This document shows, piece by piece, positions 13,007-25,134 of a stretch of DNA of 64,000 nt. Source of the stretch: Gordius albopunctatus (taxonomy: Eukaryota); NCBI GenBank assembly GCA_964276515.1, contig OZ193909.1, positions 6,820,001 through 6,884,000 on the forward strand, read 5' to 3'. A program made the translations under genes and the position numbers. The stretch's first letter is position 1; each line of letters begins with the position of its first letter. The notes beneath the pieces were generated by a model that had not been told where the DNA came from, searched no databases, and saw only the letters and a list, made by a program, of their open reading frames with translations.

Positions 13007-14020
13007 CATTATATAATTATCAATTAATCATCTACATTAAAATTCAAATTTATATGAGATGATCCATATAATTAGCGCCTAATTTTTTTTGATTCTGTAT
13101 GATGCCTAAAAAACAATAGGTATATGAATTTTAAGAGCATGGAAAAAATAATCCCATTTTTAGAACTCATGAATGGCTATTAGAAAATGGTTAAAAACGT
13201 TATGTCGTTATATATAGAATGAGTAACACGTCGAGCCATAGTCCTCCGCTCTTCAGACAATAGAAGTCACAAAGCATTTACAATTTTGAAATTTTTTTAC
13301 GTTATTTGGGTTCAAGTATTTGTGTTGGAAGAACCTGAATACCGTTTATCGCCGTTTCTAATTGTATTAGACCCTAGAAGAACGAAATCGCTGCGTTCTA
13401 TTTAAAGGCTCTGGTTTAAAAATTGTTATACACTTTTCCCCTCGCCTAAAAAATAGTCATAGATAATTTTTTTATGGGTTTTACCTTCATCGATGAAGAA
13501 CGAAAAACCCAACTGCAAGTAAAATACGACGCGATAGCATGTCAAAGGCTCTTGAGCTCAATTTGTATAAAGTTAGAGGCTCTTGATATGTATTTCATGA
13601 GGAGGTTAAAATTAAATTTTTCTAAAATACCAGCCATGTGACATTGACTTTGTCCGTACATTTACCAATCAAGAGAGCAGTTCATCAGCCAAAAGTCGAA
13701 TATTGGTTCCTCAACACAGACAATTAATTTAAGTGCTTATCATGTGGGTATAGATTTCTAAACATGGTATTGACGCATGCTGAGAGTTTGTCTAAGCAGC
13801 CGAAATTATGATAAAATGCAAATCATTTGGCCACTAAAATCCCCCCCCCCAATCACATTATGGCTACGCCCATATTTATTTTTACAATTTTGAGGATTAA
13901 TTACAAATGTTTTTAGTTAATAATAGGGAAATATATATTAGTCTGAACTTGTTCGATTTAGTCCAATATAAAAAGACAAATATATGCACTATATCTTACA
14001 CACTTTATAAATACTGTAAA

Positions 14021-14902
14021 TAGTGGTGATCAAAACCTAGGTTGGGTTTTCCCGAGGTCAAACCCGAGGTGGGTTTTGGGTTAAGGTTGGAAAAAGACCT
14101 TTAAGGTCTTTCAGATTCCCTAACCCAAAACTGGGGTGGAACCCCAAAAAGACCTTAAAAACCTTAAGGTCTTTTATACACCCAAACCTTAACCCGGGGT
14201 TGGGGTTAGGTTGACCTGGGGCTAATGTTTTGAAGTATAGGCGTGAAATAAGAGTATATTATTTTTTACATATTAATATATTTATTTTTTAATGAAGAAA
14301 TGAATTTTTTTTAAATATTTTAATATATAATAAATAGAAAATGATTTTTTTATTATTATTCATTTAATTTCATAATATAATCTTGGGGTAAATTAATTAA
14401 AAAATAATATTGGGTTATTGTTTTAGCACCATCTAGCTTGTAATTAAATTCGCCACGAGAACGAGACAGGGATGGCATGGCGAATTTAATTACAAGCTAG
14501 ATGGTGCTAAAACAATCTAGCCAATATTATTTTTTAATTAATTTACCCCAAGATTATATTATGAAATTAAATGAATAATAATAAAAAAATCATTTTCTAT
14601 TTATTATATATTAAAATATTTAAAAAAAATTCATTTCTTCATTAAAAAATAATTATATTAATATCTAAAAAATAATATACTCTTATTTCACGTCTATCCT
14701 TCAAAACATTAGCCCCAGGTCAACCTAACCCCAACCCCGGGTTAAGGTTTGGGTGTATAAAAGACCTTAAGGTTTTTAAGGTCTTTTTGGGGTTCCACCC
14801 CAGTTTTGGGTTAGAGAATCTGAAAGACCTTAAAGGTCTTTTTCCAACCTTAACCCAAACCTTAGGTTTGGGTTGTACAAACCTAGGTTTTGATCATCAC
14901 TA
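14021..14902. mobile_element. 882-bp foldback (whole-length palindromic) non-autonomous hAT-type element
   Basis: Arms 14021-14455 and 14478-14902 are near-perfect reverse complements around a 22-nt loop. Termini TAGTGGTGATCAAAACCTAGG / CCTAGGTTTTGATCATCACTA. Perfect 8-bp TSD ACTGTAAA (14013-14020, 14903-14910). Confidence 0.93.
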
Positions 14903-15545
14903 ACTGTAAATATTGGCATAGCTTTGCACAATATGAACGCCGCGTTAAAGTCATAGACATTCTTTAATTGCCTTTAAATAATAAAATTAGAATTTTATAT
15001 TCTTTATAAATTTGCTTATTATTATAATCAATAACCTTTATATAAGAAATTACTTTTTTAGTATTGTTTTGCCTTATTTATCACAAATATTAGTCAGAAG
15101 ATTGAAAATTAAAACATATAAGCTACTAGCTGTTCAAATAAAAAAAATTATGTTGGATTAATTCCTTATTTCCAACAATCATCATTATAAATATGATATC
15201 TTTGAAGATTATAGTTGCACTGAATTGGAAAGATCAATCATAATTAATAAATTTAAGTTTTGATTAATAAATTAGGCTGTGAATTTGGGGCACCTTTTAT
15301 TATGGAAAAATTTGCACCTACATTTATAATCTTGTTCGTAAAACATGCTGAGTGCGCTAACATTCCTTTTCAAACTACTCAATTGCTGACTTCAAGTAAA
15401 TATATTTAACTTTGAAATAATTTCTACATAATGTTATTTAACTTTGAAATTTTTTTGAGAATAACAAACTGATCAAACTTATAAATTTCTTAATTAAGGG
15501 AGCACTAAAGCAACATCCACACATAACCTGCTAACGGGATCAATA

Positions 15546-18500
15546 ATGACAAAAGCGACGATTAGGGAAATACACGATAGTAGCACGGATAAATTTAGTG
15601 GGAGAGTTATAAACATAGAAATTATGAATCCCATAATTGAAACTGTGGGTGAAGGTCGATACAGGAAAAAGAAGAAAAAAGTCAAAAGTAAATGGCGCTT
15701 CAGCAAAGGTGACAAAATAACGCCACTCGATTTGTTGTTCATCGGCTATAAGCTAGGAATTTACGTTTTGGCTATCATTGTAAATGTCATTCTAAGCGTT
15801 TACTTGTGGGGACATCATAAGGCTAGCGGTATAGCCGTAATGCCATCATCCTTAACCTTCGAACTTTATAGGCGTGAGATCGTTTCTCGTGGCCTCTTCA
15901 CAAAAAAACGCTCTTCTAAGAGTGGTAGTAAACAGAAGTTTTGGCAAAAATTTACCCGACCTATAGGATTTAAGCGGCATCATAGCTCTTTTAAAATTTT
16001 TGGCGATAACAGTCACAAAGAAGAAATTGTGACATTCCATTTAATCAGTATAAACGCTTTGCCTAAAATGGACATTTTGGGGAGTTGTGATCCTTACTTT
16101 AAACTAGGACTGTGGCCTGAGGCCCATAAAGGCCAGGGATTTTTCTTTCAATCTGAAGTCAAAAATCAATCGCAATGTCCCATCTATTTCAAAAAGTTCC
16201 ATTGCAAACCGTTACCATTCAAAATTTTTACTAAGAATTTGATCGAGGTCCGAATATTTGACCACGACATGCTATCTGCCGATGATCCCATCGGGGCAGC
16301 TTACGTCAACACTTTAGGCTTGAAAAATGATGAAGTATATTTAGGGTTTTCTTTAATTTTTAGAAATTACCTAATTTTTTAAGATTGAAGAATGAAGCTA
16401 ATTGCTGATTTTTTGTTCTCATAAATCTAATAACGTGGCAATTAACAATTTAAGGTCCAATTTGAGTTATATTTCAAATATAAGTTAATATCTCTTTAAA
16501 CTCAATGTACCTTATCAAATGATATCGTTGCAAAACGGAATTTTACCTGAAAAACAGATAAGAGACTTCACGTCAAGACCTATGGATATTATATCCGAGA
16601 TCCCAGTTAGGTTCACCGTTAATTTAAGCGAGTTTCAAGAACGGGAAAAGTTAGCAGGCGAAGTGCTTGTTAAAGCTAGGTACATACCCGACACAAGAAC
16701 TATATGGGTTCGACTTTTAATAGCCCGAAACGTACAAATCCCCCCCAAAATGGCACATCAGGTACGGTACTCCTTTTGCAGTTATTAAATTTCTGCTGTT
16801 CTATTGATTTGTTTAATATTACATCATATTTATTTATACACATAAATTACTACTAATTGCAGAAGTGACAAATTGAACATATTTCCAAGCCGATAATAAT
16901 TATACCGTTGAAACAAGCATGGGCGTAGCCAAGGTAGGGGAGCAGGAAGGGGCGGCTGCCCCCTCTAAATCCAAAAATTTATTAAAATTACTAAAATTTT
17001 AAAAAAGGATCATAGCTCCTCCTTGAGTCATTATTCCCCCCCCCCTAATCGCAATGCTGGCTAAGCCCATGACAAAAAATAAATTTGAAATATTTTTTAT
17101 AATATAATTCGACGAATGTAATTAGTGGTAAAAGAACTCTTTACATCAATTTTATCGGAATATTAGAGAAAAATTGAATTTTGAATGATTATATTTGAAA
17201 ATAAATAGTTAGTGAGAATGCATTAGGAAATACAATAAAGCACATATAAAATTTTTATTTAAATGGAATGTATGCCATAGCGCAATATATTGATCTTCAG
17301 GGGAATGGCGAAATTGTAATAATCGTAGAAGGGGCAAAATGATAAGTAAAAGCCGATGTATTTAGATAACATAGAATGGATGGGTTTTTGCATACACTTT
17401 TTATGATGAATCATTCAAAACCTTATCATTAGCACAAACTTTAAACGCTTCTACATCAAAACCAGGCTGGAGATGTTAATGGACAAATCAGGTGCCAACG
17501 AAAATCCAACGAAAAAGTTCTCAGCAGCAAACGGTTCGGAGTGGAACAATTTTTATCATCGACCCAAGATTTCGATTACGATACTTATGATCCAGAAAAC
17601 AAAGATCCCTCTGCCCCAACGAATAGTAAGAATGGGAAAGGGCTATTTGATTTTATCTTGACTACAACTATCCACATCTCAATCAATTTTTTTAAATCTA
17701 CACGATGGCCGATGGTCGCCATTTGTTTAAAAATAAAATAGCTTCAGTTGACGCACAGTTCTGTCAAAATGAAAGAACCTCTTAAATTTTTGTGACAAAT
17801 TTGATTAAGGTTAACCACTGTATAAGGACGTTTCAGGAGTTACACAAATTTCCTTGCGATTTTTGTGTTATATTAGCGCTGTAGCTCAAATATATCGATG
17901 AATAAAACATGTTATTTCAAATTTAATAGACGTTGGATAAATAAAAAAAATAATACCAATTTTTTAAAATAAACAGTAACTTGAATTCAAAGCTTTGAGA
18001 TATGCACTAATAATGTTGGATCAAATAAAGCTTTTGAATATTCCTAGATCCCAACCCCGCTCCTCCTTACCAAGATGATTTGAGTTCCAATGAAGAATTA
18101 ACGGTATTCGAATCGATCTTAGAAAAAAAATCATCGCTAGCAGAGGCCTCGGACGTATCATCCGCCTCTACCTCATCCTTCACAAATTTATTAGGGGCCG
18201 AGCGGGGGTCTCGCTGTTACAATACGGTAATTTTCGATAAAACGACCCCCTTCACTTACAGGGTATTTCAGGAGAAAACGGAAAATATAGCTATCGTTTT
18301 TAGCGTTAACTTGAAGCACAAAACCTTAGGTACTACGTCCATCGATTTAAACGACATCGTAACAGCTACGTGCCCACAAATAGCTGATGGACAATCAGCT
18401 GACGGTCATCCGGGGCCGGAGGAAAATAGGAACGACGAACTCCTGTATTACAAGCGTTGGCTAATTGTGAAAGGTAAGGTGGGTACGGTGGAGTACATGA

Positions 18501-18604
18501 AAGAGCGAGGAGGTCAGATGGGACAATTTTGGAAAAATTTGATATGGTCCAAGTTGACTGGGACTGGGGGGACTGGTGTCCCTAAGAAAAGGTTGCATAA
18601 ATGA
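15546..18604 (+). CDS. Synaptotagmin-like membrane protein: N-terminal TM segment, canonical C2A, divergent C2B (~569 aa)
   Basis: Phase-consistent GT-AG model with exons 15546-16334, 16558-16761, 17466-17625, 18048-18604 (1710 nt). Hydrophobic segment LLFIGYKLGIYVLAIIVNVILSVYLW. C2A has LPKMDILGSCDPYFKL...VRIFDHDMLSADDPIG. A C2B-like start GEVLVKARYIPDTRTIWVRLLIARNV follows. The exon 3 acceptor choice is less certain. Confidence 0.8.
16918..17071. mobile_element. CATGGGCGTAGCC-family MITE in intron 2 of the C2-domain gene
   Basis: Termini catgggcgtagccaagg ... ctggctaagcccatg. No clear TSD. Confidence 0.8.
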
Positions 18605-20036
18605 CACCACACGGATGGGCAAATCTTGTGGCCATTGCAATTGTTTTGGTTATATGGAAATAATTAATAAATTTAAATACATTGATCACTTATACTTCTG
18701 ATGGGCTGGAACTATATTAATATTGATCCGGGGAAATATAGTGACTTTAATGGAGAAGGTCCTTGGTGACCAAAACTTTTATTTTATTGAATAATCTAAC
18801 GGCCTGTTTTAGCCATATATTGTATAATATGGTTAATTTTAAGGTTTATCTAAATAATTATAAAAACCCCCAAAATTCTCAATTAAATTTTATAACGGGT
18901 TCCAGCCCGAGAATTAAAATGATACGATTATTAATGTTCATCGACAAATATTAATGCTATCCCAATTCTTTAACTATATAAATGATATTTGATATAAATA
19001 CCTCGACTGCTTTTTAATTGCTACGCAATTAATTTTAGTTTGGAAATTGCATCTTAAAAGTTGAAAAATTTAATTGCATCTAACTTATAAATTTGGAAAA
19101 AATGCTTATCAATAACTATCTAATAAAAAGTAAAAAGGGTTATTAATAAATTAATGGGCAATAAAAATTAGTCTAACTACCCAAATTGATCAGATTAAAA
19201 TTAATACTGCTTTATCAAATGGTAGGCTTAATTTAATGACACTTGTGGATCTCATTCCCACTAATCTGAATTTGCACAAAATGTGCGGACAAGAACTGTA
19301 TGGGTAAGCTTGGTCAAGCATTTAATAAGTAGGTAGCAGGGGCCATCCCTTTAATCAAAAACTCTAAATATGTAAGTTATGAGACAAATTTCACATAATG
19401 TCATCTTGCCCCTCCCTAAGCCATTAGCGAACTTTTTGCTCTACCTCTCCTCCACTCCAAATTTAGGCTTTGTCTACATGTGTTGTTTATACATATTGCA
19501 TCGATAACGTAAAAAATGGCAATAAAATTGTCAAGCCGATGGAATTCATTTAAAAAATAATTTGCAACTTGAAAAGCAAAATAACGCTTAATCTAATTTT
19601 ATTAATAACACGTATCATTCTATAAACTTTCTAAATGTGAAATTGGGTGTAAATGGGATGGATAAATTATATTTTAAAACATGATTCAAAACCAAAATGA
19701 AAAAGGTAAACCGCGATACAGAATTTACTATAAAATTGTAATAATCTATATATAAGTACATCGAATATTCATTTAAGTAAAGTTTTTAAATATATAAATT
19801 ACTGTTATACATTACTAATAATTAACTGTTGCATAGTTGATGTAAATTTGCATGATAAAATTGGGCTATATCTATTTTCCCATAGAGTGCAAAAAATTAT
19901 TGTTAAAAACAAAGTGGTTTGCCTTACCATAGTAAAAAAATTATCTTTTTTTTTAAACTATATGTGACATTTAGGGGCAAGCCTATAATAAAATTGAGAA
20001 TCGCTTGGAGGGATGTAATAAAAAGAAGATTTTTTC

Positions 20037-22903
20037 TCATTCTGATGCTTCTGTCATCAATCGAGATCCATATATGCGAGCCAAGTTGATTATGGGTATT
20101 TCAAAAGTCAGGGTCAAGGGGATGGCTATGACCAGGGTCAGTCCGGAGAAGATTATGCAGGCTAGGGCGAAGTAGGTGTGTGTAAAGTAGAGAGCGACTC
20201 TAAGGCATTGGTAAAGGGTCAGGACTACCAATGGGTGCACGAGGTAAGCTGCGTACGTTAAATTACTGATGGGAATCCAGCATTTGGCCTTAATGATTCG
20301 ACTGGTCGATTTACCGTTGTGTAGGAGCCATAGTATGCCTATCAAGCCGATAGCCCAGGCGGCGTGAGATAGGGAGTTGTAAAAGGCGGCCCCGAGGCGA
20401 GTGAAGCCATCTGGCGGGTAGTCTAACGTGAGCAAGTCGTATCTTAAAACGTAAACTAGCGTGGCTATGAGGCTGAGCCATATAGCCCAGGCGGCGGCTC
20501 GCTTAGCCCTATTGCTGGTATGGGCACGCCCGACCCTAAACCAAACTCGCCTCAGCTTAGACCAAGTTATGACGTTTTCTACTCCGGGCACGGGTCCAAA
20601 TTCTCGGTCTTCGTCGTAGAGTGCGGCCGAGTCTTGGGAAAAGTAGTAAACGTAGCAACCGAAGAGCAAGCCTATTAGATAGGGAGCCATACGGACGTAG
20701 GGACGGATGTAGTAATCGTAGAAGTAAGGTGCCAACAAGGGGTCGTACAGGGAAAAGGTGGCTCTAAAACACGAAGTTAGTTAGGTTCGTTATATATCAA
20801 GCAAGCTATTTATGATTGTGATATTAATGAGAAATTGTATGAAAAGGATAAATTTAAAAACTCAAGCCTAATTAAAATATGTAAAACTAAATTATAAATA
20901 GGCAACCGCCCCCCCCCCCTCCCCAAAAGTTAAAAACACTTCACAAAATTTATTTGGTGAGATAATAAACGATGTTTATAATAAATTTTATTAAAGAGCA
21001 CGAAAAGATTATAAAGCAAATTCACACATTATCGTAGACAGATCACAGAATGTTGTTTCGCTACACATTGTAATATGTATTTTAAAAACGCTAGTTACCT
21101 ATATTTATTGACGTAACTCAGGGCAAAGCTGGCGCTTAGAGTGGCTACCATGAAATGCGTCACTACGACGGTGCCAAGCGTGGGTGAACGCTTGAATAGG
21201 GATATGAGTAGCGGTGCGAAGAGGAAGAATTGAGCTTCGATAGCCAAGAACCATGTCCAGGGTAGGCAAGCTTGGGCAGAACGCACGAAATTGTTAATGT
21301 ACAGGAGGTTGGTCCACCAATTGGATCTACAATCGCAATCCAGACCCTGACCCGGTTGAGCTTGGGAGAGCCAAAATGGACCTGACCCGATATACGGTCC
21401 AAAAGTGACGACGTAAGTTATGACCGCGGCGTACAGCGGTGTAAATCGCGCGAAGCGATAAACGTAAGCAGAAAGCCAAGAGAGAGCGCCGTTTAACGCT
21501 CGGTTTGGTCTCGCTAAAGCAGAAGCGGCGGCGAGGCCGGATACGAATAGGAAGGTGTCTATGGCGAAGGTGGCCCCATTCAAGGTTAGAAATGGAATGG
21601 TCGTTGATTGACGCTCCATGTCGGCAGCGTTAGCGGTGTAAGCCGGAGCCAGCGCGTAAACTTGAGCGCACATGAGCCAGAGCAAGCTACAGGCTCTGAA
21701 AGCTGGGATAGCCGAATCGAGAGAACGGGAAAAATCGCTAGCGTTCGCGTTATCGTCGTCGGTAGGGCGCAGAGGCAGAAAATCAGCAACGGTCTCGTCG
21801 CGCTTAAACAGGAGCGTCATATTGCGAAGGGGCGATAGGCAGGCCGTTAGGTTGCGAGCGTGACGCTCTTCGGGGTGGTGGTGGGAAGATTCTGAGCGAC
21901 GCGAATCGGTAGCCAATAATACATCAGTGTCTTGTTCGCTGGGTCTGAGCGTAACTAGCCGCTTGCGACATTCGGGCAGGACTCGATCCCAAAATAGGGC
22001 GGCGGCGAGGGTTAAAAATGCGGTGCCGAAAGCTAATACTCCGACGATGGTATCTATTCTTTTGCGTCGCTCCGCCGTTTTGACTTGCTGCGACGGGTCG
22101 TAAGCCGTGGGTATGATGGGGATGGTTGCGTTAGGGGTGGCAGAAGTGGGCACCGGAGCGCTCCACCATGTGATAGTTTTATTCATGGAATCAAAGCAAG
22201 CCACTCGAGCTACTAAAGGTCTGTCGAGCGGATTAATACCGTGACGGCGATTGGCGAAGTTTAGAACGGACCAAGCGCGAGCGGCCATGAATTCCGCTAA
22301 GAGTGCCACGTCCAACGGACTACAAGCGGCGGGCAAACAAGAGCCGTGGTAGTAATACTGCCCAGGGACGCGATAAAATATGGGCGCGAACGCTCCACCA
22401 GCCGACCAAGCGGCAAATCGAGTGGAAGCGGCGGCGCCCCAAACGCTCTGAGAAACGTCCAAGGCTATAGAGCAATAGGCTGGGGCCGTGCGCGATCGTG
22501 CGAACCACGACGTTGGCGTGTGCGAATCATTGTGACCGGTCCAAAAGGTGCTGGCGTTGAGACATTGATCGTAGGAGCCGAAAGCGAATAAATTACCGGC
22601 CATTATACCGGCCGGTATTTTACCGCTCGCGTCAAGCATGACTCGAGCCCAAGGGGAAGGTGATAGGAGTAGGGCTAGTAAAAAGGATCTTAAATCCGAT
22701 TTACATGGCGGACTCAAAAGATTCAGTGAATTTTGATTATTTGAGTTTTGGGTTGAATTTTGAAAGTCATAGCTATGAGGAGCAGGCACATCGATTAATA
22801 TGTCGTGGTATTGATGCAGCAGGCTCAATAAATCGGTTGGTTCCCCGCCGTTTCGCCAAACGCGGGCGGACAACCATATTATGATGAGTAATAGCTTATT
22901 CAT
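20037..22903 (-). CDS. nrf-6: NRF-6-like (nose-resistant-to-fluoxetine / acyltransferase-3) membrane protein, paralogue A, ~843 aa; orthology not established
   Basis: Exons 22903-21099 and 20763-20037 with a phase-2 GT-AG intron (2532 nt). Signal-peptide-like N-terminus; NRF domain (WARVMLDASGKIPAGIMAGNLFAFGSYDQCL, GSCLPAACS); AT3 motifs IDTFLFVSG, RFAR, WWTNLLYINN, WTWFLAIEAQ, YIRPYVR, SNLTYAAYLVHP, FEIP. Confidence 0.92.
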
Positions 22904-25134
22904 TTATATTTAGCTTCAGCGGGCATACAATGGATTAGGGTTGGAATCGTATTCGCTTTTAAATAAAATAAATATGTATAGAAAATGCTTTTAAATATTT
23001 AGAAATATAATACAACCCAAGATCGGCTTATGTAAAAGTCAATCTCAAATAAATGTCTATTTTAAATTTTATTATGCATTATTAGTAACAACAAGAAACG
23101 GTGAGTCAGGGCTTTATAACCAAACAATAAATCATTAAACAAAAAAATTGATATTTAAATAAGCCTACCAAAAATAATCTTCAACGTTTACTATAAAAAT
23201 TATTAGGTGTACAGATTTTTAAATAAATCAATATAATTGTTTTGACTATAAAATACTTGGGATGAGTTTAACCAATTAGGTTGCAAAATATAAAACCAGC
23301 AATTATTTAAAATGTCAATGCATACTCACAAATTTCTGCCCATAAACATATAAAGCAACATAAAGCTTAAATTAAATCATAAATACTATTATCAAACCAG
23401 CAAGCTAATTTGAATAAATTCTCAAGTCGCCACTAAAAAACTAAAATGCATACCCTTGAAAAGTGCAATTATTTTTGGCAACACTATGAATAAAATTGTT
23501 GAATGATAGAATCATTATAATTAATGGTATTGTTAACAAAAAATTCTTCAAGTTAGTAAACTACTACTATTCAGTTTCAAAAAAAGGTAAAATTTTGCAG
23601 AAATAATAGGTCTAGTAATCTTTTAATGCTCATTATTTATATGATTCAGAGAACAACGATGTTCTTAGCCATTTTGGTAAATATGCATTATATGTGCATT
23701 AAATGGTTCAAGTACAAATTAGTTCTAAAATAAATTGTCTAGGAAGAGATTCCCTTTTTTGCCCAAAAAATATATTATAATATAAAATTAAAATACCAAA
23801 CCAAATTGATTCAAACAATCATTACAATTATTTAGAACAAGCTAAACATACACATGTCAGCCAAGTTAATTAATAAATGCTATTAATATTTAATAATAAA
23901 TGCTTTTAGTGGCCAAACATAAATTTAAAACATGTTTAAAATTTGGGGGGCAAGATAATTGGGACTTAAGAAGTCATGATCAAGCAAGGCTACTAACTAT
24001 ATGCAATTTTTTATCACCATTACTGGAATTTTGCAAAAAAATAAGATTTGAACTGACAGGAACATTTATATTAATTATTATACAAAGTTTTGACAAATGT
24101 TGTTATACTCATACACTTTTCTAAAACATACTCTTTTCAACATTAATCAAATACAGTTATGATATTAATGGAATTTATGATTTCTTTAATTTTTTAACTC
24201 GGGATTTTTATTGCATTCCAATGGCTATCTAAAATTAAACTGCAAAGAAATGACTTAATGCATGCAACTGAAATTCCCAACAAAAGCTACAAATTTTAAT
24301 AAAAACACTTTTTTATTAAGTATTCACATTACTAAAACTTAATTTTTATCCTAACAAATTATATTAGCGTCAAATAACCCTAAAATGGCATGGACTACTT
24401 TTAGAAGATAATAACAACCCCTTTCAGGTGTTATTATCTTCTAAAAGTATATCATTAACCTGCAATTAATTTACTAATTTCTAATACTATAAAAATCATT
24501 AAAAAAAATTTACCTAAATGTATGAATGTATTTTTTCCCCAATCTGTTATCTACAAGTCACTTAATGCCAAATTGGTATACATTTTAACATACCATGCAA
24601 CATGCATACAACTAAAAGTTTTTTTTCCTATAGCTGTTTGTCACATTTAGTTGTCAGCTATGCATACAACTGAGAGTGTTTGTATTATTTACGTCACTTT
24701 GAGTGAGTTTATAGGAGCATTTTATGGAAAAATAGTAGTTACTAGATAGCCTAAACGGTTATTATGTAGAAACCTTCTATGCTGTGATGGTTCAAGTCCA
24801 CCATGGATATATCCTATGAACATAATGACCGAAAAATAATGCTTGCGGTGCTTAAAACATTAATTATTTCTGATTACAATATAAGCCATATATATTTTTG
24901 ATGCTAATTAGAGAACCTAAAACTTTAGCAATTATATAAAAGCATTAACGCTAAATTTTAGAACTAGGAGGCGCTGACAAATGATCTTTTTATTTATTGT
25001 TTTAAATTTGTGTAGAATGTTATTAAATGACATTTAAACTTTAGGACTCCTATGATAAAAGTTTAATCTAATTTTTATCGTTTAATTTCTTCTCAACATC
25101 CTTATCTGTCTTGTTTACCACGAGCGAGCATATT

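Noticed and set aside
14021..14230. Telomeric (TTAGG)n array or CRISPR-like repeats
   Set aside because: The motifs are isolated and irregular, and belong to the subterminal region of the foldback element. There is no repeat-spacer periodicity and the context is eukaryotic.
21163..22884. Alternative-frame and antisense ORFs over NRF-6-like gene A (likewise over B, C, the RTE and gypsy pol)
   Set aside because: Shadow ORFs expected in GC-richer coding DNA; no recognisable motifs.
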